64,000 nucleotides of DNA from Callorhinchus milii. Lineage: Eukaryota. The first letter of the stretch is position 1, and each line of letters starts with the position of its first letter. Below, in pieces: positions 13,801 through 27,965 of the stretch. The translations under genes were made by a program, and so were the position numbers. Location of the stretch: the NCBI RefSeq assembly GCF_018977255.1, contig NW_024704743.1, positions 48,548,001 to 48,612,000 of the forward strand, read 5' to 3'. The notes under the pieces were generated by a model that was given only the letters and a program-made list of their open reading frames with translations, searched no databases and was not told the DNA's origin.

Positions 13801-16146
13801 TTTAATAAGCAATCTTCAAAAAATATTCCTCCTACTCTCAATTTATTATGAAGTCCAGTGCCCCAGCTTTTCAGAATTTTCGAGAGGGGTGAGATCCCCA
13901 GGTGCCACTTGCTGTCAGTCATTGAGAAGTGGAGCTATTGTTTCAGTACTCAGAATTTATAATGAATGTTAAACAAATTTCCTACCTCATGACATGTGAA
14001 TACAATTAATATTACAGAAATGTCAAGTGAATATCAGTATAAAGATAATATTTATCACCTTTGCACTTGCGAATCGATGGTAGAGGAAGAAACACTGTCT
14101 CTGTGACTGCTACTGATTAAATGAGACACAAGCATCAATATTTTACTTATTTCAAAGCAGATACTTCATACAATTGCATTTCACTCAATCACTTAACATG
14201 CCTTTGAGAAGAATGTATCAGACTTCCAGTACATTCTGATTTATATACAGATTGAGGGTGAATATGTATTCTGCATGTATGATTCTCTTTTCATGTTGCA
14301 AATGGATGTTACTGTCAGCCCTCTTCCACTCAAAGAGACCTATAGAGCCCCCAGCTGGTAACAGTCCTAGTACATCACTTTTATATGATGTATTGGTTCT
14401 AACCCAGAACACCTATTTTATCTTTTAAAGAGACCACGTTCTTTGTCGTGACCTACAAACTGCAACAGTTTTTCACATAACGTTTTGAAAATTAGCTAAA
14501 CACTGAGTTAACGCTAAGGCACATCAAAAGTGATAAGTGCGAGCACAAAGAGCCACACCGGCTGAAATGTCTAACATGGAATTCAGGATGAATTATGAGT
14601 AAAAGACCATTAAGAACAAACAGTAAGACAGTAACACATCAGCAATTTTAAAATTCGCTGATAGTCTTTCTCTTCAGAATCAGAAATGTCTTTGAAATTT
14701 GTATCCCTAGAGATTAGGCCTTTCCTATATTGCACATAAAATCTGTCATCTCTGGGACACCCTATTAACGTTAATGGACAAATGGCCATTAAGACTCTTT
14801 TTTCTATCTATTGTCATGAATGGTTAAATCATAAATGGTTAATCCTTCTGACTTTCTGAGGATGTGTTCGGGAAGAAAGTAATGCTAAATGGAGTCTAAT
14901 TTGCGATTTTTGCAAACCAGATTTGATGCACTAATTGCAGTTTCCTGTTTGTAAACACTGTTTACTTGTAAGATCTGCAAACAGCTGATTGTGAACCCTA
15001 AAACTGAAAAGTCCAAACAGAAAGGCTGGCCAGAAAAATGTAGCAAAGTAAATGGCTTTTGAAATTCACAAACTGGAAGTCGTAATTAGCTTATTGAATT
15101 CAGTTTGCAATCCATTTTACAATCCTCCTTGGGGGATGGGTCTCTTTAGGGTTGAGCTAACTGCAAGGTGACACCCTTTGAAATAGAATATCGTAATTGA
15201 ATTAATCCTAGAACCACAGTATCCCAAGGCACTGTTGATGATGGACCAGCCAGCCTGGCTTTTAAGCAGGACTTGGAAGAGCAGAGTAGTCATTTGGGTC
15301 TGGGATTCTTCCCACTCAGTTCCTGTAAGCCAAGGATGGTTCAAGATAGACAAATAGTGGGAATATTGCCAACATTCTAAATGGCTTGCTGTGCTGTTCT
15401 AGCTGTTAAACTCCAGAAACACCCCATTGCATACTCATGGATTCCCAAGCCTTGGCTCCAGTCACCAGGATCCAATCTCTTCAGAAATAGGCAAGCAGGG
15501 TGTGTGGCTCTCGAGGGAAAAGGTGCGCATTCCATACAATACAATTTACATTTATATTGAGTGTCTCAGAGCACTTTACATAGCTGACGAGGCACTCAAG
15601 ATGGCAGGGAGCGAGGAGAGGACCAAGAGCACAGTCAAAGTTAAGGTGGGTTTGAAAAGTTGGGAGGAAGGAGGTGAAGTGCCAGGACTCTGAATTGGAG
15701 TTCTAGCCAATGTGGACAGAATGGCTGACAGTAACCCACTGGGGTTGGGTGGAATAGATGGGGGACATGAAGCAGGCCAGACCAAACAAATGGAAACCAT
15801 ACAGATTTGGAAATCTCAGCAGTATGATTTGAAGACTCAAGGATATTGATGGTGATGGATTACATGTACATAAGATACCCAGCTGACCAAGAAAAATATC
15901 CAATTTGCAAATGTTGTCACTTGGGTGAAAAACTAGAGGGTAGCCAGCTGTGGAATGGTACCTGGTAAAAGGAAAGAGGAGTTACTCAGGAGTGGGGTCG
16001 GTGGGGCAATCTCAGTCAAAGCCAAGAATTGAATATGTTTCAGCTTGTACTGAAAAGCACACAACTAATCAAGGAACTGAAGTCACTGTTTGGGAGAGGA
16101 GTAAATGAATCATGAATCGTGGCTTATAAGGACTGCAATTGTTATA

Positions 16147-16412
16147 GTTCCAGGCAGAGGGCGAAACCTTGGGCAAGTTTCCTTACTCCACACGCCTAAT
16201 AATAATCCCTCCAAAAAAAAACAAACAATAATTAAATTGGTCGTTTTCAATCTACGACTGTTTGTGGGACATTGCTGTGCGCAATTGGCTGCCGCGTTCG
16301 CCCACAAATATACAGTCAATTCACTTTACAGTATATTCTGTGAAGCGCTTTGGGACGTCCTCCCGACGTGAAAAGCGCTATATCAAATGCAAGGATTATT
16401 ATTATTATTATT
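16147..16412 (+). mobile_element. SINE copy (5' truncated, internal deletion)
   Basis: gggcaagtttccttactccacacgcc ... aaaagcgctatatcaaatgcaaggattattatt. Confidence 0.85.
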
Positions 16413-16672
16413 AAAAGCGACATTGCTAGTACCTTTTGTTCCGTTCAAATAAGCCAAGTGCATGTGAATGACTGGGTGGGGGGCAAGTGTTGGCATCATA
16501 CATTTGACTTTCATTTCCTTAGCATTCTAGATAACATGTGCAATGAGGAAATATAAATGCTTATTATTAACATACGCCATCAGATTGACTGATTCCTTGT
16601 GGGCCTAGTCAGCCATGGACAGACAATATCAATACTAGACAGAGTATTTGCTGTGTACCCAGCAGTTATGAG

Positions 16673-16748
16673 GAATGAATGAATGAATGAATGAATGAAT
16701 GAATGAATGAATGAATGAATGAATGAATGAATGAATGAATGAATGAAT
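16673..16748. repeat. (GAAT)19 microsatellite
   Basis: Perfect tandem tetranucleotide run. Confidence 0.97.
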
Positions 16749-17000
16749 TTGCCATTTTACAGAATAATGAATTATTCACCTCTTGAATACTGGTGGACAC
16801 AACATCAGCACCAGTGCAGTCTCCACCTGATGGCTGTAAGGATCCAGTAGCCAAAAATGAAAGGCTGCTGTGACTTTAACAACCAGAGAAGAACAAACTG
16901 GGTCACTAAGCAAGCCTATAAATCTGAAGCCTAGCAATGTACACATCTCTGTAATTACCTCCCTGGTGAACCCAACCTCCTCATGCACTGCTTCTCTATT
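16749..17000 (-). mobile_element. PIF/Harbinger transposase fossil (N-terminal part, frameshifted)
   Basis: Joined minus frames read EKQCMRRL / FTREVITEMCTLL / VVKVTAAFHF / ATGSLQPSGGD...IQEVNNSLF...ANSFI, matching the Harbinger/HARBI1 N-terminal pattern (KVTAAL.F.A.GSFQ...GD). Confidence 0.7.
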
Positions 17001-17814
17001 AAAGCCAGCTATTTCATTGAAGTCGTCAATAGCTTTTTTTGTGAGTAAGTTTCTTCCTTTTGCTACATTATTTCTTCATACCCAATGGGGTCTAATTTGC
17101 AATATTTGTGAATTTGTTTAAAACAAGTTTTCTATCTGGCTCTTCTATATCCTGTAGGTACCCGGCTGACCTGTCTGCAAAGAAAGGTTCTCGGACACCT
17201 TCACAGCATCAGTCCTCCGTTCAGAGGCTTGGGGGCAAATACCATTCAGCCTTCACAGAGTCGGATTTCTGCCAAAGGAGTCTCTGGATACCAAGTGGAC
17301 ATTACCATTCGGAGGAAACGTCCTTCACCATCTCCCCATGGCCGAGTGCAATTTTGAACCTGGTCTAAATGTGAGTATTTAAAATTCAGATTATCCAGTG
17401 TTACTTCATTATAATCTCACACCAGCAAGGTCAGTAATTTATCAACCAGCCATCAGCAGAAAGATACTCTTGCCCAGCATGATTTGTAATTTTCCAGTGA
17501 TCAGATCATCCCACCTCCCAGACACACTTTCTATTACACATTAGGGAAAGGGAGATTTAATGAGGGTATGAGTCAACTTGTTAAGACAAGGAATTTCCAA
17601 ACATACATCAAACTCTCAGTCTTGTTTGGATACTCTCAAACATGGTGATGGGTTTCTGCATATGTAATACGTGAACATTGTGGATCATGTGACTCATCTG
17701 AAAATTCCTTAGAGATTATCCTCAACGTCTAGGTACGTTTACTGACCTATAATGGTGACCATGCATTATTCTCCACTTGTTACTAAAGAGGAGAATTATC
17801 TCCAATGAGTTCAC

Positions 17815-18205
17815 CTGGAACACAAGACAAGAGGTGATGACTTCAAAATAAAGTAACCTAAAGATAAGCAGGAGTTAAAGAGGAGTGACTTTACATTCAG
17901 TGTAACAGTTAGTGACACCTTGCTATAAGAAAGAAAAGTATAAAAGGAAAGAAAGCTAGAAATTGAGTTCAGGAGGAACTTCTTTAAGTTGATGAGAATG
18001 TGGAACTCACTGCTGAAAGCTGTTGTTGAAACAAAAAGCATCAACATATTTAAAAGGAAACAATGCAAACATGAGAGAGAAGGGAACAGAGTGGTACAGG
18101 AGAGGCGATCAAGAGGGACAAAGACTCATGTGGAGTATAAACACCAGCACAGACTAGTTAAGCCGAATTATCAGTTTCCTTGCTGTAATGTTCTGTGTAT
18201 TTCTA
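17815..18205 (+). mobile_element. CR1-type LINE 3' end remnants
   Basis: gagaatgtggaactcactgc...gttgttgaaaca...catatttaaaagga and tggagtataaacaccagcacagac. Confidence 0.6.
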
Positions 18206-18413
18206 CATAAAAGGTCCACAGATATTTGGTACAAAAAAGTATTATAAATTTTGATACGTTAGCAGAGATGGTGTATGGCTGTTAGGTTTTATTGAAGAAG
18301 TGAGGAGGAAGTGGTGCTAGGTAACTGTGAGTTAGCTTCATAGTGTTTTAGAATATTTCATATAAGGAATTGCACCCCTCAGGTTGGTGGCTGGGCAGAT
18401 TGTAAATTCAATG

Positions 18414-18802
18414 TAATAATAATAATCTTTGCATTTGACATAGCGTCTTAACACATCTTCGAGGTGTCTCAAAACATTCACAGAATATACTGTTAAGTAA
18501 ATTGACTGTATATTTTATGGGCGAAACGTGACAGCCAATTGAGCACAGCAATGTCCCACAAACAGTCGTGAAATGAGTGACCAAATTATTATTTTTTATT
18601 TTATTTTTTTGGAAGGGATTATTACCCCCAAAAAGTGGTCCGCCAATCAATTAACAACTGGGTTCCTACTTGCTGCTAGGTAAACAGAGGCAGGTGGAGT
18701 AAGGAAACTTGCATAACGTTTCGCCCTGCTGGGAAATCAAACCCAGGTTCCCTTGGTTGGTTACTAGGTGAGTTCTCTAACCACTAAGCTACAGGACTCC
18801 AC
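18414..18802 (-). mobile_element. Full-length tRNA-derived SINE
   Basis: Minus strand begins gtggagtcctgtagcttagtggttagag (A box), has gggtttgatttcc (B box) and ends in an (ATT)n tail. Confidence 0.88.
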
Positions 18803-21234
18803 TAAAATCTCCCACTAAAATCTAAATTCATTGCATTGAGGCACCCATCTCTAAGACTGGTTTAGCAACTTATTGATTTCAGATGACAAAAAAAATTAGT
18901 TTGGAGGTTGGGGAGGGAGAGAGGGAATCAGATCTTGGGTGAAAAAATAAGGCTCCGACTATTCAGCTGAGGAGGTTCGTTTTTTAAGAAAAGCGCATTC
19001 CGAGAGTGTGAGCTGTAAATAGAGATAGTATTGCAGCATTCGGGGAGGAAAATAGGGTAGCCAGCAATATTGGGATTGGTTATAATAATAATTGTAATAA
19101 TCCTTGCATTTGATATAGCACCTTATCAAGTCTTCGAGACGTCTCAGTGTGCTTCACAGAATATACTACAATCAAGTTCAGGCAAATAGGTAAATAGGCA
19201 AATAATGATTGATTGCGGAATGCAGAAATGGTATATATTTTATCCTCAGCTAAAGGATACTATTTGAAGCTCTCATTATTAGGGATGAATGAATGAGCTC
19301 TATTGCGTTTTGTGCAGATCCAACTTAGATGTATTACAAACGCCTGCAAATTCACATATGCGTCATTGTCCCTTTGCCACAATTTATTTGGTCTCAAAAG
19401 GACCCACCGAACAGCATGTGAAGTTCACAGCCCGAGGGGTTCATAGCATCCGGATTCCACAACCCTGAGGGATTCAGAGCCCTTCCGCATCTTCCATTTA
19501 AGAAGGCAGCACAACTACATATGGAGATGCCTAGTGGCAGTTCTGTAAAATCTCATTACAGGTCCACCTGAGAATTAGCAAAACACCGAAATCTTGCAGT
19601 TCTTGTTGCTGATGTTAAAAGACTCATGTTTGTTTTTCTGCGGTATGTTTAATGCAAATGGGTTCACCTTAGGCCCATCAGTTCTACGTTGCTCACATAT
19701 TGATAGCAATGACTTACCACCCATGTAGGGCCATGATTAGATATGGATGTGTGCATATGTAGAATTCTCCATCAGATTTGGACACTCTTAAGTATGGTAA
19801 TGGGTTTCTGCATGTGTCAGACATCTGACTGATCAAAAAACATGTCAATGCAAAAAGGTAATTGTGGGAAAGCAGCGAAATTATCATCCAGGATCTGATT
19901 TTTCATCTATTTCATAGTTAATATAGATAAGGTCAAAGAAAACAGATAGCTGAACTGAATATTACACAGAAGTATAGCTACAGTCTCTTGAGCTAGAGCT
20001 CTGGTTATATATCTCCATAATATTAAATGGTACTTATTCTCCTGTTTGTACTTACTATACCTAATGTACCTGTGATTGCTGGTGTATATGTCAGTATCTA
20101 TTCATAATGGGAAATCTCATTATAGCACACAGGGCTAAATGATTGTTAAGGTTACCAACAGGAGAATAATCGCAAGTATTTTTTAAAAAACAAAATATTA
20201 AGTTTCACCAACAAATGAATGCTTTACCACTGGATAAAGTATTCCTCCCCCCTCTTTCCCACCAACAGCGTTTTAGGTGTTGGAAAAATATCATCATGTT
20301 AAATTACAATATAGGCTCACAGTCAGCTGTGCAAAGTAGCCACAGCAGGGAAGGTTTGCTACCAGAGAGAAAATCTGCCAACAGAACATTACAGACTCTG
20401 TTTGCTCAGTGATTTGTTTATTAAGTTATCAAGGAATGGATGAAAAGAAATTGCCATTAAATGATTGTAGAATTAATATGAAATTTGATCGTGAGGAAAA
20501 ATTTGTTGGAGTTGATCTTAACAGAGCTGCTCTGTAAATCTTTCTCGTTGAGGAGCAGGTAAGCGATGGAGTTTTATTGGTAAAACTAGAAGGTTATAAT
20601 CTCCAGGGAGAATCTTGTAGTCATAACATTCGTGACTGCAGTCAATCATGTTCTGGCAAGTAGGCAGGATGAGCATCAGGAACATAGAAGATGTGGACCG
20701 AATTTCATTATTGCTATTAGTGTCTGAGCTAGAAATAGCAAATAATAATTGATTGCGGAATGCAGAAATGGTATTTTATTCCAAGTGGCCCACAGTAGTC
20801 TGTGCCTCCATTTACATATACAAATGCTTGTCTACATGGACTTCTGGCACAGTTGTATGCTTCTTTTGCAAACTATGTTGCTGTGTGCTATGGAACGGTG
20901 ACCCATTATAATACTGAGTCAGGAGAGTCATCTCTGTGTTTCATGTTAAGAACATATTTATATAAACATGAGCGTCAGTTGCATAACCCTCACCGGTGTG
21001 CTGCCAGTAAGGTTATTTTAGACATCTAATTTGGTTGAATGGCTTTGCTTTATAAACGAGAAGTTTATAAAGTGCAATGTTAACAGTCTAATTTATTCAA
21101 TTTCTGCTGTCCCTTTTACAGCCTGAATGTTAAAATTCTACGGTCACCAGAAAAAGTTGGAGACAATGTCCTCTTATTTTTCTTCATGGTGCTCAACTAT
21201 TTTTGTACGATGATCTGGCCAACAATTCCATAAA

Positions 21235-21456
21235 TAAAAAAAAGGTTATTCACTATATGGCTGTTTGTAGGACATTGTGGTACACATATTGGCTGCCACA
21301 TACACCCACAAAACACAGTCACACCAACATGTATATCATGTGAAGCGCTTTGTGATGTTCTCCCAACTGCTGTATTGTTCGTAAATATATATTTATAAAG
21401 AATATAACACTATTGTGAAAGGCACTGTATCAAATGCAAGGATTATTATTATTATT
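21235..21456 (+). mobile_element. SINE 3' portion
   Basis: ggctgtttgtaggacattg ... tatcaaatgcaaggattattatt. Confidence 0.7.
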
Positions 21457-21763
21457 ACGTGATAGATTTTAAAACTAGTGCTTAAAAAGACAGTTTGTAA
21501 ATAGCTTGTGGCTCACCAGTGAATAAATGCAATGTGAGTTAGAGAACAAAGTCACCTACATAGAAACGACTCAGGTTCAATCCTTGCTGAGCTGGAGAAA
21601 TACTACAATTAGCTTCATATGTCACCAGAACAATCAGCCATAATCTCATATCATTCAGTAACCCTGCTGGAAAATACCTATGCTTGGGTTGTAGAAGGTA
21701 AAATGTGTTGCTGCCAACATTCACTGTCATGATTCGGACATGACAGACAGAGTGTGTGTCTGT

Positions 21764-22012
21764 CAGGTGAATGTTAAAGATCCCATGCAATATTCAAAAA
21801 GAGAGAGGAGTTTCTCCTATCTAACAACTCCCTCCGCCACAAAAAAAGGTGATTCACTTAATGGCTGTTTGTCGAATATTGCTGTGCAAATATTTTCTGC
21901 CATGATTGCCTACAAAATACACAGTCACTACACTTTACAGTATATCCTGTGAAGCGCTTTGAGATGTCCTCTTGATGCGAAAGGCATTATATTAGATATA
22001 AAAAATATTATT
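21764..22012 (+). mobile_element. Deu-domain SINE fragment
   Basis: caggtgaatgttaaagatcccatgc ... gaagcgctttgagatgtcc. Confidence 0.65.
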
Positions 22013-23554
22013 TATAACGACTGTCTATTTAATCTGGAATATAGTCAGCTGCATCAGGACAGGGAGCAAGAAACAAAAGGAATGATATTTTCTTATAGGA
22101 AAATATCTGCGAATGAAAGCAATAATTTAAAATAATTTTTCAAATCTACTTTTTCAGCACCAATCCATTATGTTAATGCAGATTTTGCTTCTGTGAAAGC
22201 TGACATAGTCAAAGGCCCAACATTCAAACCGGCTGCTCTCAGCAATGACCTGACACTGGTGTCTCAGAAGTCCATTCATCAAACATATTGGTGGTCACAA
22301 TAAACAACTTCTAATTCTTTAACCTTTGTTTAATTTTCCTAACAATTGTCTGATTTTAATATAAAATAATCTAATTCAGCCTCACACTTGAAGTACTAGA
22401 AGCTCAATAATTGGCAGGAGCTTTCTCAGAGGGAGTTGCAGTAAAAGCTCTGAGTGCACTATTGAATTTGGGAGAGCCTGATTAAATTGAACGGACATTA
22501 TTAGATGGTGTTGTTCTATAAAACATTTTTCATGCCATAGCTTGTTAATACACTGGAGCCCAGTGGCACAAATAAGGGTTTGCAAGCATTTCAGCATCTC
22601 CTGTCTCATAGTGGTTGTTTCATACTGAGGTTCAAAAGGCTAAATTGCCCCTAACTGTCTATGTCCTACAAATTTGTAAGTTGTAAATAACTTGGCTATT
22701 AAGTAAAAAATTAGTTTGAAAACCTCTTTTAGCGTCAGTAATACCTAATTGCTACTGTGGACAAAGTGGATCTTAATCATTTCCAACAGTCAATATAAAG
22801 AGTATAGGAGGAATATGAATCTATTGTGATGTTACAGTGCAGCATGCTGATCAGCTGACTGAATATCTGCAGATTATCAGAATGGAGTTGGGAGAAGGAA
22901 GAGGTCATAGAGCAAGTGTTTTTTTTGTCAGCTGAGTGTCCAGCACACCCAAAAACCTCTTTGTGCACCAAGAGGAGAACCCACAAAGACCACTGTGTTA
23001 AATTTATGATCATGCCAAATTTTGAAAAATGATTTAAATCAGACTAAATTTCAATACTGGCTTAATAACTGCGGAGAAACAGCTTCCAACTGGTTACAAC
23101 CATATGAACTGTCAGGCCTGTTTGCTAGCTCCTGAGTGTGATATTTTTGCCAAAAGGGGGAATATATGTTTGTTTCCTTGTTTCTGGGAAGCATAAGTGT
23201 GGATTTGATAGAAGCGAATGGATTGGGGACCCCAAAGTGTGCATTGGCCACTGCTGGAAATTAAGCAGCTGAAACAAACAGTTTAGTAGGATGGGATACA
23301 AGTAAATGTCCAACTGATTCTTCATCTTGCTCCTGGACAATATGGTGAACAACAAATGAAATACATGAGTGCATTGCCACAATCCTCCAGGACACAGCCA
23401 GAACAGACCTCTGCAATTCCACTCAGGTACTGAATTGATAAAAATCAGAATGTCAATCAACATGTTTTTCAAAAAAAAATTACTTTAGCTGTTGTTGTTA
23501 AACCCAACTCAGGGTAGCTCTGGGACTCTGTCCTGCGTGGGGGGTGCTATATGT

Positions 23555-23925
23555 GTGGAGTCCTGCTCTAACTCAGAGGTTAGAGCACTCGCCTCACAAG
23601 CAAGAGATCTCTAACCTATTCCCGGCAGGGCGAAAGGTTGTGCAAGTTTCCTTACTCCACACGCCTCTGTTTACCTAGCAGTAAGTAGGAACCCAGTTGT
23701 TAGTCAATTAGCAGATTGCTTTTCTGGGGATAATAATCCCTAAAAAAAATAATAATTTGGTTACTTCAATCCACGACTGTTTGTGGGACACTGCTGTGTG
23801 CAATTGGCTGCCGCGTTTTGCCCACAATATGCAGTCAATTCACTTTACAGTATATTCTGTGACACGCTTTGAGACGTCTAGAAGACGTGAAAAGTGCTAT
23901 ATCAAAAGTAAGGATTATTATTATA
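23555..23925 (+). mobile_element. Full-length tRNA-derived SINE, nested in an older L2-type tail
   Basis: gtggagtcctg..ctcagaggttagagc head, central ggcaagtttccttactccacac-like segment and ATT tail; the flanks rejoin as gtgctatat|ataaatgcaagttgttgttg. Confidence 0.88.
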
Positions 23926-26900
23926 TATAAATGCAAGTTGTTGTTGACTAATCAGCAGTAACACATCCAGGATTTTCTAATTGCTAATCCTTGATCTCTA
24001 ATTGCTAATCCTGATTCCTTAATCAATTCAACTATGCCAGTTGGAGGTAAAGCTTTAGCAGTAGTTGGTGTAGAAGTAGAAAGAGTATGAAGGAAAGGCG
24101 GGATTGAGTCTCACTAGGAACTGACTGATTTTATTCCTGAACAAAAAAAGGAATATCTTTTATCATCATATCATATTGAGTGATTTTCTAAATACCTGGA
24201 TACTAAACGTGGTTTAGCATTTAACTCTTTTCACCTCCTTCTCCATTCCAGTCATTCAATGTTGTAGTGAAATCGAAAATTGTACTTGGACCACACAAAT
24301 GCACACACAATATAGAATCTAAGGAATCACTGTGGCCTCAGTGCCCTTGGTTCAATGTTAATGCCAGGGGTATAGAGTGAGGAATTTATGAATGGACAGC
24401 CTTGGAGACATTTGCACCCAGACAACTTTACGAACCTATCCTTTGTCATAGGTTCGATGTAGAGGATATTTAAGACTTCCTGACAATTTACCGATTAAGA
24501 TTAATGGCCGAGTTAATGAAGAGCAATAACACTTCTGAAAAGTCTCCCTCAAAAATCAAAGTGCCAGAAGAGGCAGACTTATCTCCCGGGGTAGCACGTG
24601 CTCCAGGGATCTGACCAGGTTAAAAAATAACAACCGCGAATGAAAACTGCAGAGAAAAATGTAATTGTCATATTGATCTTTCAAACATTTTTTTTTACTT
24701 ATCGAGTCACCAACAACAACTTGAACAAACACATTGCCCTTCTTGTAGAACACTTCACATCGCTTCATAGCGTTGATGGGAGAGTGTACTGTATTATTTG
24801 AGAGTGTTGACCAAAGGTATGATAAAAGAGCGACATTTGTAAGAGGTATTGTTTCATTCCTGCTTAAAAAATTTAAAGCATGTATGTTTTAAAGGTCTCT
24901 TGATCAATGTTGCAATTTAGACACCTTCTCTCCTCCCTGCAATCTTACTCAGATCCCATCGAAGTGGAATTCAAAGTGCAAAAAGTCACACTGGTGCAGG
25001 AGGGAAGCTTTCCTGAGGTGGAGATCGGACACATTTTGGATAAGAGATGAGGAGTTTTGCAGTTAATTTGTGATATAGCTGGCCTTGGAGATCTTGGGGC
25101 TAAAACTAATAATAAAAGTAGGATTATATACATCCCTAACACTGACACTCTTCACGCTGTGCAGAAATTCATCAGTTTTGATTTTGAAAAGCAATACTCT
25201 TTGGGAGCACTGGAAAGGTTGGTGGGAAATTACTGGCATAAATTGAATGTGTGTCACATTTCATTCTGCATTATTTTACAGGTGTTTTTTCCTCTTGTCT
25301 ATTTGCCATTGTCAACTTATATTTACCAATACAAAATAGATGCCACTTGTTTTATCAACTATGTTTTTGTTTAAACAGTGTCAGATTGTTTCTTTGTTAC
25401 ATAAAACAAGAACTGCATATTTAATGAAACAAATAGGATAATTAATTCTACCAACGTAAATCATTCATTGCACCAAGGAAAACCACAGCCTAAATAAAGT
25501 CAATAATGTATTTTCTAACTCATTAATATACTTTTAGCATGTTGTTACTGCCGTAAGAATGAGAGAATCAGTGACTGAGAAGATGCTGAGGTTTTGGAAT
25601 GAAATGATTAACTTAATAAAGCTACTGCTGTGGCCTGTTCACATTACCCTCTGCCACAGTGGAGAAACACCCAGTACAGTAGTAATAAACCATTTCCCTT
25701 GCTGGGGAAAATGCTCAGACGTGATTAACATGGTAACTGGCTTTGTGACCTACACATGTTACGTTAATAATTTATGTGTGGATTAGTTGGGATCCCATGG
25801 TAGCAGACAGACATCGGGTAGGCCATTCTAGAGACTCTCTGCACAACATGTGTTGTATAATAGGCCAGCTTCAACGCTGCATCCCTTGCACTCCCTTCCA
25901 CAGCTAGTTAAAAAGACAATCTGTGACTCTCATTTCCAATGCTAATTAGCACTGGGATATCTTGGCTGTATTTTCTCCGTTGTACTTTTGTTGGATCCTT
26001 GTGTTTCTTTTGGACCTCACAGAACACAACTGTGTTCTCCAACCATTCTCAATCAGCCAACACTTTTTATTATAAGTACAAGCAGAATGAAAATTATCTA
26101 CACAAGACATTGTTTTTGAAACTAACTACGCTTTTAGACAAAGCGAAAAAACATTGTTGTATTTTTCAAATGATCCCCCAGGGCTATAGGTAATATTTTT
26201 CTTCCATTTTTATGTTTTAGAAATAGACATAGAGAGGAAGAAAACACGAATTACACTTCAATACAAAGAGACAGATTTCAACGCACTTTAATATATGTCA
26301 GTCGCATATTCATAACACTGATATAGTGGCTTTGTTAACTGCAACCTTTAAATGAAGATATTCTGTATAGAAGATGACTTTAAACTAGTACTTCATGAAA
26401 CACCACAGTGCACCCTGTCAGAAGTGATACTGTATTTTATTGACATCTAGACAATAAAATCAGATGACACGGGCTTCTCTCTGTGGGAGTGTATTCTATG
26501 GTTTCCTCCCGGGAGCTTTAGTGCACTTCCTTACAGGAAAGCCTTTCCAAGGAAGTGGCAGTTGGCCCCTCAGAGGTCTTATTAAAATGGTCTTTCTCCA
26601 TTGTAAAGTATAGGGTGTCAGGCAGACGACACTGACAACAGTCTTTTCTTTGTAATGTTGAAAAGAATTGTCAGAAGTGGTTATAACCGTAAGGTTGCAA
26701 TGTTTCTGTCAACAGCTGTCAAAACTGCATGGTAAGCAGCTCAGAGAGACAAAGAGCAAGACAGAAAAAGCAAAAACCTGAGATGGAGGCAAATCGTCAG
26801 TGAAAGAGAGCAAGGCTGATTGTGACAGATAGAGAGATGCAAATTAATTAAATGTACAGGGGGCAGATGGAAAAAACAATCACTGGTTTCAATAGAAAAT

Positions 26901-27814
26901 GAGAGACAATGAGATCAGAAAATGGAAAAAATGTCCAAGTACAGATATATGGTCAGAAATGCTACAGGGGAGTGCAGATTCACAGAATACTGGCTTAACT
27001 CTGTAAAACGTATTAGAGTCAAATCATTATCACACAAATTGACAATCCAATAGCTGCCCAACCATTAAGATGGAATTGAGGGAGGGGATAGACAGACCAG
27101 ATTGACTGTGTTTATCAACAAGTGATAATCAACACTGAATATAATGAACATATTTTCACCCCCGGAAATATCAGTGCTGTGCTCTGAAGCAACTCAGTTG
27201 GTCTCTGTAATACTTATGAGATTAGTTTGTCTTTGATTGTGAATGTGGCCTCTTTGCGTAAACAAAGGGGCAAATTTGCAAGATTCCTTTAAAGCATTCT
27301 TTCTGTTAGTTAATACGAGAAATGCCTTAAAGAATACCTGCAAATTTCTTACCAATTCATTAGATAACGCCATCCTTAACATTCACCTCTACTGAGCGTG
27401 ATGCTCACCAATGCTCTGCTTCCTCAATGTCAGCTTCTCTGAGTCAGCTACTTGCTTTGCCATTGAAGAAAATTTACCTGATTGTTAAATGCTCAGTTTC
27501 ATGGTGTAGGCCAGGATTGTAATTTGTAAGTCCAAATCTGGAGTTTAAATTTAGGGTAATCCTTACTGGCAAGCTGCCATCTGACTGAGAGAACGGATGA
27601 CATTAATTAAGGAATTAGAATTACATTTGCAAGTATTCCTCAACCCATTTCTTGTGTTAATAAACATTTCGTTTTGGTCAGCTGGGTGCCTGCCACTTAC
27701 AGAAACCCATCACCATGCTTAAAAGTATCCATAACAGTGTTCCACATATGCATGTCACCTTGGAAATTTCCTTTTGTCTGAACTGAAGCGCACACTCTCC
27801 TGTGTTAATGAAGA

Positions 27815-27965
27815 TAATAATAATCCTTGCATTTGATATTGCATTTTATTACATCGCCAAGACATCTCAATACACTTCACAGGATCTATTGTAACATGTA
27901 GCGACTGTGTATTTGCAAATTAACCTGGCTGCCAATTTCCGCACAGTAATGTCCCACAAACAGCC
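27815..27965 (-). mobile_element. SINE 3' tail fragment
   Basis: Family tail motif; similar tail-only fragments near 4670, 5575, 8864, 11967, 19094, 31248, 32460, 36403, 42652, 43833, 49219, 50350 and 51930. Confidence 0.7.

Noticed and set aside
16673..16748. CRISPR-like or coding repeat (FIHS repeat in ORF 16666-16854)
   Set aside because: Simple microsatellite with no spacers, in a eukaryotic context.
18740..23625. tRNA genes at A/B-box-like sequences
   Set aside because: These are degenerate SINE heads joined to the SINE body, not cloverleaf genes.
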